A stretch of 64,000 nt of DNA. It comes from an uncultured Pseudoflavonifractor sp. GTDB lineage: Bacteria > Bacillota > Clostridia > Oscillospirales > Oscillospiraceae. Both the position numbers and the translations under genes were made by a program. Positions 58,218 through 64,000 of the stretch are shown piece by piece; the first letter of the stretch is position 1; every line of letters begins with the position of its first letter. The stretch is from NCBI GenBank assembly GCA_947383685.1, contig CANDEE010000001.1, forward strand, positions 2,152 to 66,151, given 5' to 3'. The notes under the pieces were generated by a model. The model saw only the letters and a list, made by a program, of their open reading frames with translations. It was not told the origin of the DNA and made no database searches.

Positions 58218-58706
58218 TTATAATTTCCCGATGGCTCTCTTGAGTTTTTTGAGGGTCGCATCTCGGCGCCGGGACACTGTCGCCTGGTTTACCCCCAGTT
58301 CTTGCGCCAGTTCAGTCTGGGTGTAGCCATCATAAAACAGCTTCGTGATCAAGCTGCGTTCCTCATCCGTCAGGGAAAGGAGTGCAGGGAGCAGCATCGC
58401 TTTCTTCTTCTCCCAGGCCAATTCCTCCTCCTGCCTTAGAATGATTTCCAGGCAACTCGGTGTGCAGGGCACTCCAACATAGTCCTCTCGCACCTCGTCC
58501 TCGGCGAGCTTTTCCATGGAAAGCACGGTAAGAGCAGGTCGTTCATCGAACATATAGCGCTCCTTCCTATTCCCCTGGGCGTAAGCCTGGTAGACTTCCT
58601 TGCTCACAGGGATATCTCTGCCATCAATGCGGATAATCCAGCCTATGACGGCCCCTTCTGCATTCTTTTTTGTGTAATGGTTCACGGTTCGCTTCCATCT
58701 TTTCAT
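58218..58706 (-). CDS. Sigma-70 region-4 (ECF-like, Tn916 Orf7-like) protein
   Basis: IPVSKEVYQAY...ERY; ALLSLTDEERSLITKLFYDGYTQTELAQELGVNQATVSRRRDATLKKL. Confidence 0.88.
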   Translation of the reverse strand: MKRWKRTVNHYTKKNAEGAVIGWIIRIDGRDIPVSKEVYQAYAQGNRKERYMFDERPALTVLSMEKLAEDEVREDYVGVPCTPSCLEIILRQEEELAWEKKKAMLLPALLSLTDEERSLITKLFYDGYTQTELAQELGVNQATVSRRRDATLKKLKRAIGKL

Positions 58707-58710
58707 ATAG

Positions 58711-58923
58711 GGTGACTCCTCTCAGTTTTTTGGGGGATTGCTCGAGCTGAGAGGCTCACCTAAGGGTACTTGCAGACAACCGCCTGCCATTGAGCTATAT
58801 CCATTGCCATCTCCATTTCTGGAGCGGCAACAAAAAATGACCGGCCACTAGAGGAGAGGGCGGTACTTCAACCCGTCTGCTCTAATGTCCGGCCATTTGG
58901 TGACTCATGGGCATCTGCCCATG
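58711..58923 (-). promoter_or_regulatory. Structured leader of the sigma gene: hairpin, terminator and SD-sequestering stem
   Basis: Hairpin at 58906-58923; terminator stem with T6 at 58832-58896; stem at 58711-58760 covering GAGGAG. Confidence 0.65.
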
Positions 58924-58960
58924 GACCCGTTGCTCAGTACGATTAGATCATATTTTGTTG

Positions 58961-59155
58961 TCACTTCCTGTATTTTGACTGTATGCGGGGCCTGATTTGC
59001 CTGTAGCGAATACTTCGCCGAAGAGATAGATCGACCGAGACCACCTTGTGGCACTTGGGGCACTTGATTTCAATCGTCCCGGAGGTCGGAGTGACCTTAT
59101 CCATGATGCGCCAGCCACATATTGGGCATTTTACAACTACATGGAACGCCATCAC
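58961..59155 (-). CDS. Com-like zinc-finger protein
   Basis: VKCPICGWRIMD...IEIKCPKC. Confidence 0.8.
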   Translation of the reverse strand: MMAFHVVVKCPICGWRIMDKVTPTSGTIEIKCPKCHKVVSVDLSLRRSIRYRQIRPRIQSKYRK

Positions 59156-59871
59156 CCGTCACCATCCTTTTCTATATCAACCATGGACTGAGGATTACGG
59201 AGATATTCCGTTTTCAGAAGGCCCAGACGTCTCAGCCGTATGGCCAGAGCTTGCTTTGAGGCGCCAAGATATTCAGCCATATCGCAAAACCGCTGGTATT
59301 CCTTGGGCCGATATATTCGGTTGAGAATATCAATCCCACCCTCCAGTCCAAACCTGGAAAGGGCGGCATTGACAGCGAAGGCAGGAAGCAGAAGTGCAGA
59401 AGCCATGTTATCTGCCTGCCATTCGCCCCAGTCTTGGCTGGGATGTTGCTGTACGATACCCCGATAGTACATAACTCGGCAGCGGCATCCACCTTGCTCC
59501 TGGGGAGCCATCCGATCTAGGATTTGATGCGCTACTTCATGGAGAACAGTAAAATTATACCTCCCCCGCTGTGCCGGGTCGCTGACCAGTTCCTTCTCCA
59601 CCAAGAGGGTTTTGCCGTCAAGGTAATAGATGCACGACTCCCCATTGTCTCCATAGATCTCTACGCCGACCTCACTGTTTGCTGTCAGCCCAAGAATTGC
59701 CCCATTTTTTGACAGACGATAATGATCGATGGATAGCTCCAGCAAATCGTGAGCCAGAGTATAGGGGTCGATCCGGTCTGTCCCCTGGCCATCAAATTGA
59801 GGCAGCCGGGTGTAGTCCGCTGTAATACGCCCAGCAATATGCTCAATGTCACTACGAGATAGGTACAGCAT
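59152..59871 (-). CDS. ImmA/IrrE family metallo-endopeptidase
   Basis: GRYNFTVLHEVAH, EWQADNMASALLLP, C-terminal HTH-like segment. Confidence 0.92.
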   Translation of the reverse strand: MLYLSRSDIEHIAGRITADYTRLPQFDGQGTDRIDPYTLAHDLLELSIDHYRLSKNGAILGLTANSEVGVEIYGDNGESCIYYLDGKTLLVEKELVSDPAQRGRYNFTVLHEVAHQILDRMAPQEQGGCRCRVMYYRGIVQQHPSQDWGEWQADNMASALLLPAFAVNAALSRFGLEGGIDILNRIYRPKEYQRFCDMAEYLGASKQALAIRLRRLGLLKTEYLRNPQSMVDIEKDGDG

Positions 59872-60271
59872 CTTTTTCCACGACCTCCTGAATTACTGGC
59901 ACTTGGCATCTATAGCTACGCATCGTCCCTACAAGGACGCCCAAAACAGAGCAGTCGCTGGTGACGATGTCTGGAGTAACCCCATCCTCTCTGCGGATAC
60001 GAACCATGTCGCCCTCTATGAAAACACGGCGGCACTGGTACTCTCCCTGGTGAAGAATACAAGCGATGTCACCGTTCCTTACCTCCTGGGCTGTGTCTAA
60101 TATCAGGTAATCCCCGGAATGAATACCTGCGTTCCTCATCCCATCTCCACTTGCCTGGAGCAGTACGCAGTCATCTACGGGGCCAAAGAGCTGTGGATCA
60201 ATGATTGCCATCTGGTGTGGACCATTCGGACACCCTGCGGGATGTATGGCACTTGACTTCCTCTTTTTCAT
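59852..60271 (-). CDS. LexA/UmuD S24 peptidase-domain protein with substituted catalytic dyad
   Basis: AGCP, GDGM (for GDSM), AGIHSGD, NGDI, CRR (for xKR), VLGVLV. Confidence 0.8.
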   Translation of the reverse strand: MKKRKSSAIHPAGCPNGPHQMAIIDPQLFGPVDDCVLLQASGDGMRNAGIHSGDYLILDTAQEVRNGDIACILHQGEYQCRRVFIEGDMVRIRREDGVTPDIVTSDCSVLGVLVGTMRSYRCQVPVIQEVVEKDAVPIS

Positions 60272-60347
60272 CGCTGTTCCCTCCAAATTATGGCTTTCCT
60301 ACAATCTGAGCGAACAATCGGGTGAGCCCTCATTTTTTCGCCCACTA

Positions 60348-60455
60348 TTGACAAAACATGAAATAAGGCATAGAATAAATGCAGTTGAACTTCATGCTTG
60401 AAATTATATGCAGTTCGATTTCATTTGTCAAGAGCAAAATGCAATTAAGTCTCAT
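60348..60455. promoter_or_regulatory. Face-to-face sigma-A promoters with three 17-bp operators
   Basis: Plus strand TTGACA-17-TAGAAT (60348-60376); minus strand TTGACA-17-TATAAT (60431-60403); ATGCA-N9-CAT boxes at 60379, 60408 and 60439. Confidence 0.8.
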
Positions 60456-60470
60456 TTTGGAGGAGAGCCT

Positions 60471-60884
60471 ATGAAATTCAGCGAAAAGCTAAAAGAGGCG
60501 AGAAAGAATGCTGGGTTAAAGCAACCGGAGCTTGCGAAGGCTGTAGGAGTCTCTGTCAGAACGATTGCCAGCTACGAGACAGGAGAGACCTATCCTCGGA
60601 AGCGGGAGACATACCAAGTCCTTGCAGATGCGCTGAATGTGGATGTTCATTACCTGATGAATGAGGAGGAGACCTTTGTCCTCGCTGCCGGGCAAGAGTA
60701 TGGATCCCGTGGTGCTAAGCAAGCGGAGAAGCTTATTGCCGACATGTCTGCCCTGTACGCCGGTGGTCAGCTATCCGAGGAGGACAAGGACATTGTCATG
60801 AAGGCTCTCCAAGATATCTACTGGGAGTCCAAAGCTCGAAATGCCCAGAAGTACAGCCCGAAGAAGGCTGCCACGGAGCAGTAG
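60471..60884 (+). CDS. ImmR-like XRE repressor
   Basis: FSEKLKEARKNAGLKQPELAKAVGVSVRTIASYETG; LYAGGQLSEEDKD C-terminal domain. Confidence 0.9.
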   Translation: MKFSEKLKEARKNAGLKQPELAKAVGVSVRTIASYETGETYPRKRETYQVLADALNVDVHYLMNEEETFVLAAGQEYGSRGAKQAEKLIADMSALYAGGQLSEEDKDIVMKALQDIYWESKARNAQKYSPKKAATEQ

Positions 60885-60914
60885 TCCAATTCTGATGGGG
60901 GGGAGCAGTTTCTC

Positions 60915-61895
60915 ATGATGATTAGCCCAGATGCGTATTACGAGAAGGAGCTAAAAGGGAAAACCAAAGAACAGGTTTTTTCTCAGATTCGAAGCCTAAA
61001 GTGGCAGATTGGGAACTTGAAAAATCAGCTCGAGGGCCCTGACTCCGATGAGCGTGTGTCTGAGGCACCCAGTGAGAAAACACGAATTTCTTGCCTTCGG
61101 GCCTACTTGGATCGTGCTAAATTGGTCTACGCCCAGCTTGGCGGAGAATACAAGGAATCCAAGGCAGAGCTAGCTGCCCAAGAGTTTGAACGCAGGATCC
61201 CAGAGATATCCGAAGCAACCCTTATCATTGGAGGCTTTTTTTCTTCCACCGAGGTTATCGAGGCCACCGTGGGAAAGCGTAAGGTCACCATCAAAAATAC
61301 ACAACGCGCCCCCGGCCTAAACCGAGAGAGCGATTGGACTCTCCCTTTGTTCTCTGTCCCCAAAGAAGATTTTTTCACTCAACTCGAAGAATTACATATT
61401 GGGGAGTGGAGACCCTTCTACTCTACCAGGCGATTCGGGTATCAGGTGATGGACGGCATCCAGTGGGAGCTGTCTTTCACATACGCCGGAGATCCCAGGG
61501 ACAGAGTCAGCTTTCACGGCGATAATTCCTTCCCATATAACTTTGGTGAGCTCTTGTGCCTGATGCGGGGTACGGATGATGACGAGGATGAGGCGCCTGT
61601 CGAGATTCTATTGACCGGCGAACAGGAAGCCCTGATGAATAAATTAGCCGACTATGTAGCCGCCCTGCCCGATGGGACGGCCATCACCACGGCACAGGCG
61701 GTGGGGAATATATTCTCTGATTTTAACTTCAAGGAGGGCTCCTATAGAGGAATTGACCTCTTTGACGTTCATATCGTCCTGTTCGAGAAGCTCAGAGAGC
61801 GGGACATTTTTCCTGATATGAGTGCCCATGACGGCTTAGTGGAGGGGTTGCCCTACAATCTGGACTTCATTGTTCACCATATGACAAAGGACTAA
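60915..61895 (+). CDS. Hypothetical multidomain protein
   Basis: 326-aa ORF with RBS; MDGIQWELSF..GDNSFPYNF. Confidence 0.75.
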   Translation: MMISPDAYYEKELKGKTKEQVFSQIRSLKWQIGNLKNQLEGPDSDERVSEAPSEKTRISCLRAYLDRAKLVYAQLGGEYKESKAELAAQEFERRIPEISEATLIIGGFFSSTEVIEATVGKRKVTIKNTQRAPGLNRESDWTLPLFSVPKEDFFTQLEELHIGEWRPFYSTRRFGYQVMDGIQWELSFTYAGDPRDRVSFHGDNSFPYNFGELLCLMRGTDDDEDEAPVEILLTGEQEALMNKLADYVAALPDGTAITTAQAVGNIFSDFNFKEGSYRGIDLFDVHIVLFEKLRERDIFPDMSAHDGLVEGLPYNLDFIVHHMTKD

Positions 61896-61957
61896 TAGTC
61901 CCGTTTATAGGACAGCTTGCTTGATAGAATATTGGATGCAAGAGGAGGTGACTATTC

Positions 61958-62509
61958 TTGGATAAGCGGTATGATGATATTTTTAGGAAAGCTGACCGTC
62001 TCGTTCAGCGGTGCGGCACACGGGATCCAATTACCATTGCCAATGAAATCGGAATCTACATCCACGACCTCAACGGCCTTTCCAATCTGCTGGGCATGTA
62101 TACCTACAGGAACAAGGAGCGTCACATCCTTCTGAATGCCGATTTGGATGATATTCATAGAAGAATGGTTGCCGCCCATGAGCTGGGGCATGATGCTCTG
62201 CACCGTGAACAAGCCAAGGTCGGGAGTGGGCTTCAAGAGTTTTCTCTGTTCTATATGCAGACCCGGATGGAGTATGAGGCCAATGCCTTTGCCTCCCATA
62301 TCCTGATCGATAACGAAAAGCTGGTGGAGCGGCTAAAGGACGGATACGATGTTATACAGGCTTCAAGTGCCTTCGATGTCAATATCAACCTCATGCTTGT
62401 AAAGCTCCACGAGTTGCAGCGGCTGGGCTACAGCATCAATCCCTTGGACGTCCCCCGAAGTGACTTCATGGGAAGAATCGGTATTGGGAAGAAAGAAATC
62501 TATCTGTAG
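61958..62509 (+). CDS. ImmA/IrrE family metallo-endopeptidase
   Basis: TRDPITIA, AHELGH, EYEANAFASHILID; GAGGAGGT RBS, TTG start. Confidence 0.92.
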   Translation: MDKRYDDIFRKADRLVQRCGTRDPITIANEIGIYIHDLNGLSNLLGMYTYRNKERHILLNADLDDIHRRMVAAHELGHDALHREQAKVGSGLQEFSLFYMQTRMEYEANAFASHILIDNEKLVERLKDGYDVIQASSAFDVNINLMLVKLHELQRLGYSINPLDVPRSDFMGRIGIGKKEIYL

Positions 62510-62521
62510 GAGGTATCCACC

Positions 62522-62932
62522 ATGAGTATCTTCGGGAAGCTGTTTGATTTCGACCATGATGGCGAGGTTTCTAGCGGCGAGGCTATGATGGGGCTAGGGG
62601 GAGCTGCGCTCATCGCAGGGATGGCCGAAGAGCAGGAAAAGGCCCAGAGAGAGCAGGAGTTGCGAGACAGGCTCGAAACTCTTGTTGATGAAATAAACGC
62701 ACACTCTGACGAATCAGGGTTTCATGTAGAGCTTGAGGACTCCCTGGAAGATGACGACCGGGAAACCCTTAAGGAAATGTTGGATGCATTCCAGGCTCTT
62801 CTGGACGAGGTCGAGGAGAACGAGCCAGATGATATGGCCAGTGAAGCCTATGATGTCTGGGAAGAGAAACACGATGACCTGCTGGCCAAGATTGACGAGA
62901 TCGAAGAACGGCTAGACGAGATGGATGACTAG
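62522..62932 (+). CDS. Highly acidic protein with an EF-hand-like loop
   Basis: DFDHDGEVSSGE; about 47 Asp/Glu in 136 aa by hand count. Confidence 0.75.
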   Translation: MSIFGKLFDFDHDGEVSSGEAMMGLGGAALIAGMAEEQEKAQREQELRDRLETLVDEINAHSDESGFHVELEDSLEDDDRETLKEMLDAFQALLDEVEENEPDDMASEAYDVWEEKHDDLLAKIDEIEERLDEMDD

Positions 62933-62961
62933 CCCCCCTTAGGATACAAGGAGAAATCAAG

Positions 62962-63339
62962 ATGATATTTGAGCGCCTATACTGGAAAATCCGCTACGAC
63001 ATCGAGGATCGTCACTTTAGGAAGCGCTGTACATCACTCGGCCCAGGGATTTACTATGACAAAAAATATCACAGATACTTCACGCCCTCCGTAATGGGCG
63101 AGACAGGCTCTGTGGAGTATGTTGCCGGTGAGCTCGTACGGTCTGGGCTGGTCTTCCATTATTCGCTCCAAGGGACCCTCAACCACGCCCACACCTTCGA
63201 TGAGGTACTCTTGGCAGCGTATAACCAGGCGGCTAGCTTTGGAATCCCAGACGAGTTCAGAAGCGAATATAGCCAGCAGGAGCTTCAGTTCATCGAGACC
63301 CTTGTTGATCGGGGAGTCCGTGATCGGACAAGTGAATGA
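62962..63339 (+). CDS. Hypothetical protein
   Basis: AAGGAG RBS, 125 aa. Confidence 0.7.
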   Translation: MIFERLYWKIRYDIEDRHFRKRCTSLGPGIYYDKKYHRYFTPSVMGETGSVEYVAGELVRSGLVFHYSLQGTLNHAHTFDEVLLAAYNQAASFGIPDEFRSEYSQQELQFIETLVDRGVRDRTSE

Positions 63340-63388
63340 GCATTAAGGATAGGGCAGGTTTTTCTTGCTGTGGAAGGGGAAGCAATTT

Positions 63389-64000
63389 GTGATATACCTT
63401 TCAGAAATCCAACTCAAACGGGATTTGCCACCAGGAACCTATTTGGACGAGCTGATGGTAGTGCGCTATCTGCTGGAACAGGGGTGCCTGGCTTTCGACC
63501 GACCAGTCACCTTTCTGGTAGGGGAGAATGGGGCCGGGAAATCTACCTTGTTGGAAGGCATTGCGGTGGCATGTGGGTTCAATCCAGAAGGGGGAACACG
63601 AAACTTTCTTTTTTCCACCCAGGATACGCATTCGCCCTTGGGACAGTACCTGACTCCGGTTCGAACTGGGTATTTCAAGGATGGGTTTTTCCTACGGGCG
63701 GAGAGCTTTTACAATGCAGCCAGTTATGTGGATGAGCTGCAGAAGGAAGATCCCTCAACGCTGTTTAGCTACGGCGGCACCTCCTTACACAAGCAATCCC
63801 ATGGGGAAAGTTTTCTCGCTTTGGTACAGAACCGTTTCGGTGGAGATGGATTGTATATCTTGGATGAGCCGGAGGCAGCACTTTCCCCATCTCGGCTGTT
63901 GACACTGATGGGCGAGATAGCGCGGCTGGTTGAAGCGCACTCCCAGTTCATCATCTCAACTCACTCGCCCATCCTGATGGCTTTCCCCAATGCCAGAATC
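63389..64000 (+). CDS. ABC/AAA_21-type ATPase, 3'-truncated by the window end (absent from the ORF track)
   Basis: Hand translation from GTG 63389: MIYLSEIQLK...VGENGAGKST (Walker A)...QSHGESF (signature)...YILDEPEAALSP (Walker B)...STHSP (H-loop). Confidence 0.9.
   Translation, partial: MIYLSEIQLKRDLPPGTYLDELMVVRYLLEQGCLAFDRPVTFLVGENGAGKSTLLEGIAVACGFNPEGGTRNFLFSTQDTHSPLGQYLTPVRTGYFKDGFFLRAESFYNAASYVDELQKEDPSTLFSYGGTSLHKQSHGESFLALVQNRFGGDGLYILDEPEAALSPSRLLTLMGEIARLVEAHSQFIISTHSPILMAFPNARI

Larger units (their letters stand above)
36890..64000. mobile_element. Large integrative element / genomic island encoding multiple serine recombinases; right end beyond the window, left end approximate
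   Basis: Abrupt loss of housekeeping genes and change in codon style; six serine-recombinase-family genes, ImmR/ImmA-like module, sigma-70 r4 gene, ParB-like genes. Confidence 0.88.

Noticed and set aside
63336..63735. Apparent frameshifted ATPase pseudogene and track ORF 63370-63735
   Set aside because: A different frame starting at GTG 63389 is fully open to the window end
36890..64000. Prophage interpretation of the island
   Set aside because: No terminase, capsid, tail or lysis genes in view; cannot be excluded beyond the window

Overview
This is a chromosomal window from a moderately high-GC Clostridia (Oscillospiraceae-like) genome; the taxon is inferred from gene content and codon style. 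Bases 1 to ~36.9 kb are host backbone: nadE, a PepV-type dipeptidase, an ssb paralogue, udk, a 25-repeat Sel1 protein, secG-rnr-nagZ, two SLH proteins, an MBOAT/DHHW acylation operon, pyrG, tex and sdpRI, plus a small AT-rich traX cassette bounded by 16-bp palindromes. From ~36.9 kb to the window end lies a large integrative element whose right end is outside the window. It carries six serine-recombinase-family genes (two convergent clusters plus one stand-alone catalytic domain), two ParB-fold genes, four XRE regulators plus an ImmR-like repressor flanked by two ImmA/IrrE proteases, a sigma-70 region-4 protein, a Com-like zinc finger, two metallophosphoesterases and many hypotheticals. The best candidates for undescribed systems are: (1) a DIP1984-like coiled-coil gene followed directly by a ~390-nt non-coding segment closed by a 23/25-bp terminal stem (a protein + ncRNA module); (2) an operon with a catalytically dead resolvase, a large serine recombinase whose C-terminal domain recurs in the next two genes, and two ParB-like proteins, controlled by a duplicated 30-bp palindrome; (3) a zinc finger / attenuator / sigma factor cascade. 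All family assignments come from motif recognition by eye; no database searches were run. No tRNA, rRNA or CRISPR array was seen.
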